Of a stretch of DNA of 32,000 nucleotides, positions 1-8,465 are shown one piece after another. The DNA is from Candidatus Heimdallarchaeota archaeon (GTDB taxonomy: Archaea > Asgardarchaeota > Heimdallarchaeia > Heimdallarchaeales > Heimdallarchaeaceae): positions 1 through 32,000 of the forward strand of contig DAOVER010000010.1 of the NCBI GenBank assembly GCA_030668875.1. Direction: 5' to 3'. How positions within the stretch are numbered: position 1 is the first letter of the stretch; every line of letters starts with the position of its first letter. The translations under genes and the position numbers were made by a program. The notes below the pieces were generated by a model. That model had not been told where the DNA came from. It did not search any database and saw only the letters and a list, made by a program, of their open reading frames with translations.

Positions 1-26
1 TGTTAACTCAACTAAGATCGGTTACA
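1..26. repeat. IS481 terminal inverted repeat (window-start end)
   Basis: TGTTAACTCAACTAAGATCGGTTACA; it contains the transposase stop codon (8-10). Confidence 0.88.
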
Positions 27-940
27 CTTTTGGGCAGGATATCTTTGGGAGATTGGTTCATAAATCTTTCACCTGGAGTTTGGAGGTTGATTCCTTGATG
101 AGGGCGGAAGAAGTTGTAATAGTCCTTATAGCGCCGGAGGTCAGCGTTACAATAAGCTAATCCCAGTCGCTTCAGCTCTCTGACAGTCGTCCCATGCTGA
201 CGCTCGACCTTCCCACAAGTCTCAGGGTGGAAGACACGGCTGCGGATATGTTTAATCCCTTCCTGAGCGAGCACACGGGTGAAGGTACTTGTCCCTCCCC
301 GCATAGAGTGGAACTGTGCGCCATTATCGGTTAGTACTTGCTGAGGACGGCCAAAGCTTTGGAAGCAGTGGTGTAACCTTGTCAAGATCTCTTGTTGACT
401 GATAGGGTGGGTGTAGAGTCTACTCTCCAGCAGGAAGCGGGAGTGGTCATCTATAACCGTCAAGAGGTAAAGGTGTTGTCCTTGCTCTTCCACCCAGAAG
501 GGACCTTTGATATCCAGTTGCCAGAGGTCATTAGGATGAGGTCGTTCGAATCTCTTTCTCGCCTTCTTCTCGTACGGGTTCTTTCTCCAAGGCTGTTCTC
601 CTTCTTGTTGGAGAGTCTTCCCGATGGTGGTGTGGGAGAGCACTAACCCTTTCCTCTTGAACCATTGCTCAGTCTGCATGATGTTCAAGCCATAGGCTCT
701 CCTGAGCTTGATAATCTTCTCCCTTATCTGGGGAGTGACCTTCCTCCTTATTCTCCTTGGTCGTCGAGAGCGTTCTTCCCACCATTCTCCTTCAGAATTT
801 TCACTATGCCGTCTAATCCACTTGTAGACGAATTTCCTTGATACCATGTGTTGTCTTGCTATGTGGGTGATTGGTATTCTTTTCAAAGCCTTTTTAACTA
901 CGCGTTTCCTTATAAGCATCGGGTTACTGTTTGGGTTCAT
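8..940 (-). CDS. IS481-family DDE transposase (N-terminal HTH plus rve integrase core)
   Basis: Motifs VYKWIRR..SRRP, WQLDIKG, VIDDHSRF, VLTDNGAQF, GKVERQHGT and YNFFRPHQGI. Confidence 0.93.
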   Translation of the reverse strand: MNPNSNPMLIRKRVVKKALKRIPITHIARQHMVSRKFVYKWIRRHSENSEGEWWEERSRRPRRIRRKVTPQIREKIIKLRRAYGLNIMQTEQWFKRKGLVLSHTTIGKTLQQEGEQPWRKNPYEKKARKRFERPHPNDLWQLDIKGPFWVEEQGQHLYLLTVIDDHSRFLLESRLYTHPISQQEILTRLHHCFQSFGRPQQVLTDNGAQFHSMRGGTSTFTRVLAQEGIKHIRSRVFHPETCGKVERQHGTTVRELKRLGLAYCNADLRRYKDYYNFFRPHQGINLQTPGERFMNQSPKDILPKSVTDLS

Positions 941-978
941 GTTTGGTCACATGCCCACGGTAACCCCTCTTATTTAAT

Positions 979-1004
979 TGTTACCAATGTGGGTGGAGTT
1001 AACA
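979..1004. repeat. IS481 terminal inverted repeat (upstream of transposase)
   Basis: Reverse complement is TGTTAACTCCACCCACATTGGTAACA; the first 9 nt are identical to bases 1-9. Confidence 0.88.
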
Positions 1005-1036
1005 AACAAAATTTCAAGTAAAAAGATTTAATGTAG

Positions 1037-1681
1037 TCAGTTTTCTTCTCTATAATTGTGCTTGATTATGTCTTGAACTATCTTTGAAGTTGACTTTCCA
1101 AATACGTGCTCTTTGAGTCTTATAATCTTGACATGGGAGAATCCTCGTTCATTCAATTTTTTGTAAAGATCTTTTTCATCGTGTTTTTGATCAAAGCCCA
1201 AAGCAATGACGTCGGGTTGGATAGATTCTACTGTTTCAAAGAAATCTGTTTCGCTGCCTTCTATTGCTACATCCACCTCTCTTAAGTGACGAACTAATTC
1301 AACCCTATCTTTTTGAGAATTAGTTGGAAGGTGTTTTTTTAACTTTTGTACTGTTTTATCAGTTGCAATAACAATTACTAACACATCCCCTAGCATTCGA
1401 GCCTGTTCCAAAGTAAAAATATGACCAGTATGTATAATATCAAAAGTTCCACCAGTCATTATAACAGTAATTTTCTTCCTTCCCAATTCAGTCAAATGGA
1501 AGTGATGATTATTACTTTCAATTACAGTACCATTATCTACCATATTTAGTAGATATGCCTTAATGTTATCTTGCGAGAGCTCTACCTGCCTAGAGAGAGT
1601 TGGAATTGTTGAAAAAATTTTATGCAAATTGTTAGAATATATTTTCTTTAGTAGAATGTAATTTAATGACTCAACCATCAT
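1037..1681 (-). CDS. ribL: FAD synthetase (RibL-type cytidyltransferase fold) with N-terminal winged-helix-like extension
   Basis: GGTFDIIHTGH (HxGH), VIVIATD and PDVIALGFDQ motifs; it overlaps riboflavin kinase by ATGA (1678-1681). Confidence 0.8.
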   Translation of the reverse strand: MMVESLNYILLKKIYSNNLHKIFSTIPTLSRQVELSQDNIKAYLLNMVDNGTVIESNNHHFHLTELGRKKITVIMTGGTFDIIHTGHIFTLEQARMLGDVLVIVIATDKTVQKLKKHLPTNSQKDRVELVRHLREVDVAIEGSETDFFETVESIQPDVIALGFDQKHDEKDLYKKLNERGFSHVKIIRLKEHVFGKSTSKIVQDIIKHNYREEN

Positions 1682-2397
1682 TTATCATACTCACTAGTTT
1701 GATTCAGCAAATAATTGATTGTAAGTTCTGAACCATCTTCTAAATTTAAAGCCTCTCTAAGGTTTACATCACTAATCAATTCAAGAACATTACTCCCATA
1801 ATGTGAACGTCTTGGGACAATAGCTGCTACCCTAGCTGTTAAACTTGGAATTTTTACTTCATAACACAGGACGTCACCATATTGCCTACCACCTTCCTCA
1901 AAACCAGGAATAATGACAGGCCAAGAACCTCGAATCAAATCTAATCTGTCAACATCAACCGGTGGAATTCTAAGGTTTAAAGTACCATGAAAAGGTTTGA
2001 ATCCAAGCTTTTTTACAAATGAATCCATATAAGAGGAACGAGAGATGTAGTATTTGCCTTCTCCGAGCCCTGAAAAAACAGATCCATGGATAGTGATAAT
2101 GTTTAGGTCAGGATAAAGAGCTCTCTCAAGTTCAAAACGTAGTTGGTGCAAGATATCTAAACCTAATGGGTTGAGTTGAACAAAAGAACCTTTACGGGTA
2201 GAACGCCAAGAAACAAGTCCTAATTCTTTACTTAATCTAATCAAGCATCGAGAGGCGGTCTGTTGGGAGGTTTTGAAGAAGTCTGCGATCTGAGAAGTAG
2301 TGATGCTAATTTCCTTCTCATTTGCACGAAGCTGAGCAAAATAGATAAGGAGATTGAGTTCTCGACTGGAAAGGTCAAAGATTTTCATTAGCATCAC
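1678..2397 (-). CDS. ribK: CTP-dependent riboflavin kinase with N-terminal HTH (RbkR-type regulator/kinase)
   Basis: N-terminal SQQTASRCLIRL HTH; GSVFSGLGEGKYY, PFHGTLNL, PRRSHY and LELIS..LREALNLEDG motifs. Confidence 0.92.
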   Translation of the reverse strand: MMLMKIFDLSSRELNLLIYFAQLRANEKEISITTSQIADFFKTSQQTASRCLIRLSKELGLVSWRSTRKGSFVQLNPLGLDILHQLRFELERALYPDLNIITIHGSVFSGLGEGKYYISRSSYMDSFVKKLGFKPFHGTLNLRIPPVDVDRLDLIRGSWPVIIPGFEEGGRQYGDVLCYEVKIPSLTARVAAIVPRRSHYGSNVLELISDVNLREALNLEDGSELTINYLLNQTSEYDK

Positions 2398-2498
2398 GTA
2401 AATGGGTAACGATAATCACAAATGACAACTAATACTTAAGCATTTCAATTTAAGCAAAAAAAGTATAGTAATATATACGTGTAATGTAAAAATAGCTT

Positions 2499-3071
2499 AT
2501 GAGTGATGAAATTACAATAGTTGAAGAGTGGACTAGAGTAAAAGTACCAAATCCGCCAGTTTTACAAGAAGTAAAAATCAATCCCAAAGAAACAGCTCTG
2601 CTTGTATTAGACGTGCAAAAATCAAATTGTAGTAAGGAAAGAAGACCAAGATGCGTAAAGACATTGTACAAAATCCAAACAATTTTGGAAAAAGCAAGAG
2701 AAAGAGAGATGACAGTGATTTTTACCCTAACCAGCGCAGCAAGCAAAGCGGATATGAGGAGAGAGATCTTACCTAAGAAAGGAGAACAAATAATCAAAGC
2801 AGGTGTTGACAAATTCTTCAATACAGAGTTAGAGAAGTTGCTAAAGGAGAAAAAGACCAAGGCTGTAATAATTGTGGGGACATCAGCAAGCGGAGCAGTA
2901 CTTAGCACGGCTATTGGATCAGCTGTAAGAAAATTAGTAACAGTGATTCCCATAGATGCGATATCAGCGACGTATCCATATGAAGAACAATATTCAGTGT
3001 GGCATTTAGCAAACTCTCCAGGAACAAGAAGAAGCACTATACTAACAAAAATAAATATGATAACAATCTAA
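2499..3071 (+). CDS. Isochorismatase-like (cysteine hydrolase fold) protein lacking the catalytic Cys
   Basis: PKETALLVLDVQ, IKAGVDKFFNTELEKLL and VIIVGTSASGAVLSTA motifs. Confidence 0.82.
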   Translation: MSDEITIVEEWTRVKVPNPPVLQEVKINPKETALLVLDVQKSNCSKERRPRCVKTLYKIQTILEKAREREMTVIFTLTSAASKADMRREILPKKGEQIIKAGVDKFFNTELEKLLKEKKTKAVIIVGTSASGAVLSTAIGSAVRKLVTVIPIDAISATYPYEEQYSVWHLANSPGTRRSTILTKINMITI

Positions 3072-3150
3072 TTAAAAAATAGATTAAAAACGAAACTTTT
3101 ATTAAAAGAGCTTAATGAGAGAACATCGTGAGTAAGATATTCTAACTCAT

Positions 3151-3261
3151 GGGCTAGTGGCTCAGCTAGGTAGAGCAGCAGGCTTTTAATACAGCTAGAA
3201 GCGTTCTAGAGCTGTAATTGACACCTGACGGTCCCCGGTTCAAATCCGGGCTAGCTCGCCA
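3151..3261 (+). tRNA. tRNA-Lys(UUU) with 34-nt intron at 37/38 (3189-3222), CCA encoded
   Basis: Acceptor GGGCTAG/CTAGCTC, D arm GCTC/GAGC, anticodon stem GCAGG/CCTGA, loop CTTTTA^A, T arm CCCGG-TTCAAAT-CCGGG; intron hairpin TACAGC/GCTGTA. Confidence 0.93.
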
Positions 3262-3287
3262 ATCATATACTTTTACAAAATTTTATA

Positions 3288-4070
3288 ATGGTTGTTTTTG
3301 TATTTTTCTCAATGAAGAAAACCTTCCTTAATCATGCTACTCTTTCATCTTATATTAATAGAGTTTCAATCTCTGGTGGAGATTATAGTTCCTTTCCAAA
3401 GGTAGTTCAGAAGTATTTTGAGCATATTTTTCCTGAAACATTTGAACAGATTTTCTTTGCTAAACTTGCTCATTCTGGTGAATTCAGAACTGGAGCTTCT
3501 CAACCTTGGTTTCCTATCAAAGGTTTGTATTATTACTTAGGTGATATCCCAGCTTTTTACTGGGAAGGAAAAATTAAACCTTTGCCGTTCCTTTCCATTA
3601 AAGCTAGAGATTTTTATTATAAGGGAATAGGTGAAGTTCGTATTAGATTAAATTCCATTATTCCTATGGGTACAAGCAGAGGACCTGAATGTAACTCAGC
3701 TTCTCTACTCCGTTATCTTTCTGAGATGCCTTTGATACCTACAGCTTTTCTTACTTTACAAAACATCACTTGGCACGAGATAGATTCTTCTTCTGTTCAA
3801 ATCACTATTCGAGATAAAGGTCTTGAAGAGAAAGGTATTTTCACTTTTAACGACAAAGGAGAAATAATCAAATTTGAAGCTGAACAAAGAGCGCGAGGTG
3901 TCAAAAAAGGTTTTTCAATGGATAGGTGGAGTGGGTATTTTAGCAACTATAAGGAATACAATGGGTTCAAAGTTCCAACTGAATTCATTGCTGAATGGAA
4001 TCTTCCTAAAGGCAATCTTGAATATGCTAAATTCAAGGTTGATACTCTTGAGTACAACAAATTATCATAA
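3288..4070 (+). CDS. DUF6544-like conserved hypothetical protein (start may be ATG ~3312, MKKTF)
   Basis: LPxxVQKY-like start, PAFYW, RGPE.NSASLLRYLSEMPLIPTA, WHEIDSSS, FTFNDKGEI and GFKVPT..AEW, as recalled for this mostly bacterial family. Confidence 0.65.
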   Translation: MVVFVFFSMKKTFLNHATLSSYINRVSISGGDYSSFPKVVQKYFEHIFPETFEQIFFAKLAHSGEFRTGASQPWFPIKGLYYYLGDIPAFYWEGKIKPLPFLSIKARDFYYKGIGEVRIRLNSIIPMGTSRGPECNSASLLRYLSEMPLIPTAFLTLQNITWHEIDSSSVQITIRDKGLEEKGIFTFNDKGEIIKFEAEQRARGVKKGFSMDRWSGYFSNYKEYNGFKVPTEFIAEWNLPKGNLEYAKFKVDTLEYNKLS

Positions 4071-4148
4071 CTAGTCTTCTTTACATTACTCTTCGAACCT
4101 TTTCTCTATTATAACGGATTATTTTTATTCCCCTTCTCTTTCCCTACT

Positions 4149-6077
4149 TTGAATAAGTGGTTTGACGTTCAGATGAGATTCTTTCAGCCGATTAGACAAA
4201 TTGGATATGCACGAACGCTAGCTGAAACAAGGACTCATATTCCGCTATCACCGGGCATGATAGCAATTAATCAGCCAGAGATAACTGAAGGTTATGCTGC
4301 TGTTTTTGATGTGTCTTTTCCACCTAAATTTGATGATGTGAAAAAAACAGAATATAACTTAAATTGGATACTTCCAGAAGACAAAATGGATAAGTATCAT
4401 TCAACCAAATTTCAACTGACAGAACAACCCTTCTACCCTCCCTTTGCAGATGAGAGTTTTATTGTCAATGACTTTGAGAATTATTTGGATGAGTTCCTAT
4501 CTTCTTCAAAGTTGGAAACAGCAATATTCACTTTGCCTATTTCTCAAATTAATAACCCCCGCATTAAGGGAATCATGGAGACTGAGTGTTCGTTATACAT
4601 TCTATCTGGATTAACCTCATTATTTAGCAATCAACGACGTATAACAGAAACACTGGTGCAATTGAGAGAAATGTTATCTCCAGATATCGCACTATACGCT
4701 CCTGGTCCCATATCACCTTCACTTTATTCATTCCTAGTCTATATGGGCATAGATTTCTTCGATAATTCTATTGCATATTATGTATCAAAAAATGGTTATT
4801 TTCTTACAGAAAATCAAGTTTACAGACAATCTATTCATCCAAAATGTTATTGTCCTCATTGTAATGCTCTAGAACCCAGTCTGTTCAAACACAATGAGAT
4901 GGTGATTAAGAATACACTTTCTCAAATAAGATATTCAATTAAAAGAGGTATTTTTCGATCACAAGTCGAGAGAGAGGTTCATAATAATGTGAGTTTTGCA
5001 GCAGCTCTCAAAAGAGTCGATACCCATTTCAACAAAAATCTTCGAATAAGAACCCCATTGATATCATCTTCTCCCGTCAGATGTATAGGGGAAGAATCAT
5101 TTGACCGACCTTTAATAACAGAATTTAGAGAAAGAGTGCGAGAGAGGTATAAACCAGATCCCAGATCGAATTTGGTTATACTATTGCCTTGTTCAGCAAG
5201 GAAACCTTATTCTTTTTCTAGAACTCACAAATTTTTCCATAAGGCCATGAGACAAGCAGGAAAGGGTGTATTCAATTCCCTAACTGAATTAATCATAACA
5301 TCTCCATTATCTGTAGTTCCACGCGAACTAGAAGATATTTATCCAGTAAAATATTATGATATTCCTGTTTCAGGAGGGTGGTCTGAAAAGGAAATTGAAG
5401 TTACAGCTGAACTTCTAAATGATGTTCTATCACATTTTCCAAAGGACACCGTAATCGTAAATCACACTCACGGAGGAGGGTACGAGGACATCGTGGAAAA
5501 AATCAGAACAGTTTCATCTTTTTATATTATGGATACAGCAAAAGATGCAAGTCCAACAAGTGAAAAATCTCTCCAACAATTAACTGACACTTTAATAGAA
5601 ATCCAACAAGCAAAAGAAGCAGACGAACAAAAAGGAATCTCAAGCAAAATAAGAAAAATACAATCTGTTGCAGATTTTGAGTATGGGCTAGGATCGGGAA
5701 AAATTTTATTCCCATATTCAGTAAAAATTAAGGGAAAATATCCACGCGACCAACAAATCTACAAGGATAAAGAACACATAGCAACTTATGTTACAAAGAG
5801 TGGGTATTTATCTCTCTTTCCTAAATATGCTAATTTGATTTTAGACAAAACTGAAAATACACTTGAATTTGGAGCAGAACGAGTTTCCGGGAGTAATATC
5901 TACGCCCCAGGTGTTGTTCATGCAAACAAACGAATTCTACCAAACGATGAAATTTTCATAATTCATGAAAATCAAATAATAGCCACAGCAACTGCTCTTG
6001 TTTCTGGAAGCGATATGAACAAAATGACTTCAGGGATTGTTGCAGAAGTTAAGAAGAAAGTGAGGAGTAAAAAATGA
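4149..6077 (+). CDS. arcS: Archaeosine synthase subunit alpha (TGT-like domain plus C-terminal PUA)
   Basis: LLPCSARKPYSFSRTH, ITSPLSVVPRELE.IYP..YYDIPVSG.W and PUA IYAPGV...I.PNDE motifs. An alternative ATG start lies at 4173. Confidence 0.9.
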   Translation: MNKWFDVQMRFFQPIRQIGYARTLAETRTHIPLSPGMIAINQPEITEGYAAVFDVSFPPKFDDVKKTEYNLNWILPEDKMDKYHSTKFQLTEQPFYPPFADESFIVNDFENYLDEFLSSSKLETAIFTLPISQINNPRIKGIMETECSLYILSGLTSLFSNQRRITETLVQLREMLSPDIALYAPGPISPSLYSFLVYMGIDFFDNSIAYYVSKNGYFLTENQVYRQSIHPKCYCPHCNALEPSLFKHNEMVIKNTLSQIRYSIKRGIFRSQVEREVHNNVSFAAALKRVDTHFNKNLRIRTPLISSSPVRCIGEESFDRPLITEFRERVRERYKPDPRSNLVILLPCSARKPYSFSRTHKFFHKAMRQAGKGVFNSLTELIITSPLSVVPRELEDIYPVKYYDIPVSGGWSEKEIEVTAELLNDVLSHFPKDTVIVNHTHGGGYEDIVEKIRTVSSFYIMDTAKDASPTSEKSLQQLTDTLIEIQQAKEADEQKGISSKIRKIQSVADFEYGLGSGKILFPYSVKIKGKYPRDQQIYKDKEHIATYVTKSGYLSLFPKYANLILDKTENTLEFGAERVSGSNIYAPGVVHANKRILPNDEIFIIHENQIIATATALVSGSDMNKMTSGIVAEVKKKVRSKK

Positions 6078-7147
6078 AAATTAACAAAAACTTTGCTGAG
6101 AGAATCAAGCAAATTAGAGAAGCAGAACTTCCCTCAAGAGCTAATTCACGAAAAGTAGTTTTCTGGGAAGAAGATACTCGTCTTCTATCGGGGCAAGGAA
6201 AAGCTTTAGTTTTCATACTCCCAACAAGAGGATGCTCATGGGCACTATCAGGAAGTGGTGGTTGTTCGATTTGTGGGTATATTTATGATAATCCTCAACA
6301 ACCTGATTTTGAGATTATTCTATCATCATTTCAAAAGATTTTGAGGAACAAACTAAATAAAGAATTCACATATTCGGTGAAGATTTTTACAAGTGGAAGT
6401 TTTCTTGATACAAAAGAAGTTCCAGAAGAGTTTCAACTTAAAATGCTTGAAGAGCTATCTCAGTATGAAGTAATTAAAGAGGTGGTGATTGAATCTAGAC
6501 CTGAATACATTAAAGATTCATCACTCAAAAACATATCAAAGAAAATTGATATGTCCATACTAGAAATAGCAATTGGATTGGAAAGCTCAAACAATTCTAT
6601 CCTTATGAATTCTATAAACAAAGGTTTCTTCTGGGAGGATTTTGAAAAAGCAGCCAATACAATAAAAGAAAATGGTGCGCGCGTCAAGGCATATTTATTA
6701 TTTAAACCTCCTTTCGTTTCTGAATATGATTCAATTCGAGATATCCTGTTAAGCGCAACAAAGATAGTTTCCTTAGGTATTGATACTATATCGATTAATG
6801 CTATAAGCATTCATCGCGGAACATTTCTTTCACAACTCTTCGAAAAGAACGAATACAGAACACCTTGGTTATGGTCTCTTCTTCACTTAAGTAGAGAGAT
6901 TAAGGAAAAATATCCAGATCTAAGATTAATTTGTGATATTGTTGCAGGTGGCAATGTAAGAGGAGCTCACAATTGTGGTGACTGTGATCAGGATGTTATC
7001 AATGCGATAAAAGAGTTTACGATGTCACAAGATATAGGAGTATTAAACAAAGAGATTAGTTGTTCATGTAAAACTGAATGGAAAAGCAACCTCATACATG
7101 AGAAAATCAGCATTTCTGAACCAGTAATTCAAAGAAATGTTCTATGA
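6074..7147 (+). CDS. raSEA: Archaeosine biosynthesis radical SAM protein RaSEA (TIGR01210-like)
   Basis: ILPTRGCSWA...GGCSICG cluster motif, KIFTSGSFLD, IESRPEY, AIGLES and PWLWS; 4-bp overlap with arcS. Confidence 0.9.
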   Translation: MKINKNFAERIKQIREAELPSRANSRKVVFWEEDTRLLSGQGKALVFILPTRGCSWALSGSGGCSICGYIYDNPQQPDFEIILSSFQKILRNKLNKEFTYSVKIFTSGSFLDTKEVPEEFQLKMLEELSQYEVIKEVVIESRPEYIKDSSLKNISKKIDMSILEIAIGLESSNNSILMNSINKGFFWEDFEKAANTIKENGARVKAYLLFKPPFVSEYDSIRDILLSATKIVSLGIDTISINAISIHRGTFLSQLFEKNEYRTPWLWSLLHLSREIKEKYPDLRLICDIVAGGNVRGAHNCGDCDQDVINAIKEFTMSQDIGVLNKEISCSCKTEWKSNLIHEKISISEPVIQRNVL

Positions 7148-7157
7148 AAACTGAAGA

Positions 7158-8162
7158 TTAATCTTTTGATGTTTTGTAGTCTATAACGACATCCTTGATT
7201 CTCTTTGCAACTCTCTCAAAAACTGGACTCATTAATACAGCATCTACATTCCTTTTGGCTATAGCGTAGAAGAAGTTGCTTTCATTGAGTAGAACAAATA
7301 CTATCTGATATGATTCCGTTACATCTATAGATTTCTCTAAACTCTCATCATTCAACATCTCCAATATATCAGAGAGAAATTTTTCACAAATCTTTAGAGT
7401 TTTATTTACAAAGCCCTCATCTAGTTTCCCATTCTGATAGAAAAGCGCAGTGTTTTTACCATCATGCTCAACAAAAACAAGGTGTTCAATCCCACTGATG
7501 GAATTTAAGATATTGAATGTTACAGCGTTCAATTTTTGCACTTTAGAAGATTCACTTTCCTCTTTAGTTTTCTTTTTTCCTTTTGAAGCTATTTTCTTAG
7601 TAGCTTCTTGCTCATCTATTTTCTCTCCTATAATTTGCGGCAGAAAAGCAATCTCATCATAGTTGATAGAACTATCTACTAACTCAATTTCTAATGAAAC
7701 AGCTTCTTTTTCCTGTTCTTTGCGCTTTTGGAAAGAAACCACATCACCAAATATTTCCTCTACGGTTTGATTAAAAACAGCTGATGCACCTGAAAAAACG
7801 CTTTGAGGATCCCCACTATAAAATTTTGTTTTAGACTTCTCCACGAATACTTCTGATAGCTGTTCAATTAATGTTTCAGCAATCAATTTATCAGGCAAAT
7901 TATGATTCAAAACATAAGTAATATCTTGAATTTTAATAAAAGATATTTTAGACTTTGTGAGTTCTATTGTTCCTTTATTAGAAATTTGAGTATCCTCCGC
8001 AAATGTGCAAAAAGCTTTGAGAACATTTGATAAAATCTGTTGAGGACAATTGTCGGGGTTAAACACATTCTCCTTTAATATCTTACCTTCTTTATCTCCT
8101 AAAAAGAATCCAAAGATTAGGTTAGAATATTCTGAAAGAGTTTGAGTTATATTTCCTGTCAC
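7158..8162 (-). CDS. Hypothetical protein; probable longin-like N-domain, acidic/Lys linker and roadblock/LC7-like C-domain
   Basis: The secondary-structure-like pattern was read by eye (GFFLGDKEGKIL..; LNSISGIEHLVFVEHDG.. ..LMSPVFERVAKRIKDVV). No profile search was run. Confidence 0.5.
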   Translation of the reverse strand: MTGNITQTLSEYSNLIFGFFLGDKEGKILKENVFNPDNCPQQILSNVLKAFCTFAEDTQISNKGTIELTKSKISFIKIQDITYVLNHNLPDKLIAETLIEQLSEVFVEKSKTKFYSGDPQSVFSGASAVFNQTVEEIFGDVVSFQKRKEQEKEAVSLEIELVDSSINYDEIAFLPQIIGEKIDEQEATKKIASKGKKKTKEESESSKVQKLNAVTFNILNSISGIEHLVFVEHDGKNTALFYQNGKLDEGFVNKTLKICEKFLSDILEMLNDESLEKSIDVTESYQIVFVLLNESNFFYAIAKRNVDAVLMSPVFERVAKRIKDVVIDYKTSKD

Positions 8163-8465
8163 TTAAATCTCCTTGACAAAAGTATAATTATGTTCATTCA
8201 TAAATATTATTGGTTTAGGCTAATGGTGATATTGAAAATTGTTATAAAATACCAAGTAATGCTCTTCATAACATCATTCTACAATCATTTCACACTCATA
8301 AAAAGTTAGTTTAATTTAGGAATTCTATGCGGAATGAATTTAAATAAATGGTACTAATACTAATTACCAAAAACGATGCACTTACTAAAAACGTAATATG
8401 GTTTGTAGAAAATAAGCAAATGAGATGTTAATAGGATAAATACTGCACGTGGAGTGATATCATAG

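Larger units (their letters stand above)
1..1004 (-). mobile_element. IS481-family insertion sequence, apparently complete
   Basis: Ends are TGT...ACA with 26-bp imperfect terminal inverted repeats (20/26 match). It holds a single DDE transposase ORF and is visibly more GC-rich than the flanking host DNA. The target-site duplication cannot be seen because the element starts at base 1. Confidence 0.9.

Noticed and set aside
2431-2444. Near-palindrome AATACTTAAGCATT as an RbkR operator
   Set aside because: Its position fits the ribK TATA box equally well, and I cannot reliably recall the RbkR consensus to test it.
2450-3037. 195-aa minus-strand ORF
   Set aside because: Antisense shadow of the isochorismatase-like gene, with no motifs.
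3262-4148. tRNA-integrated genomic island
   Set aside because: No duplicated tRNA 3' end (attR) and no integrase were found downstream.
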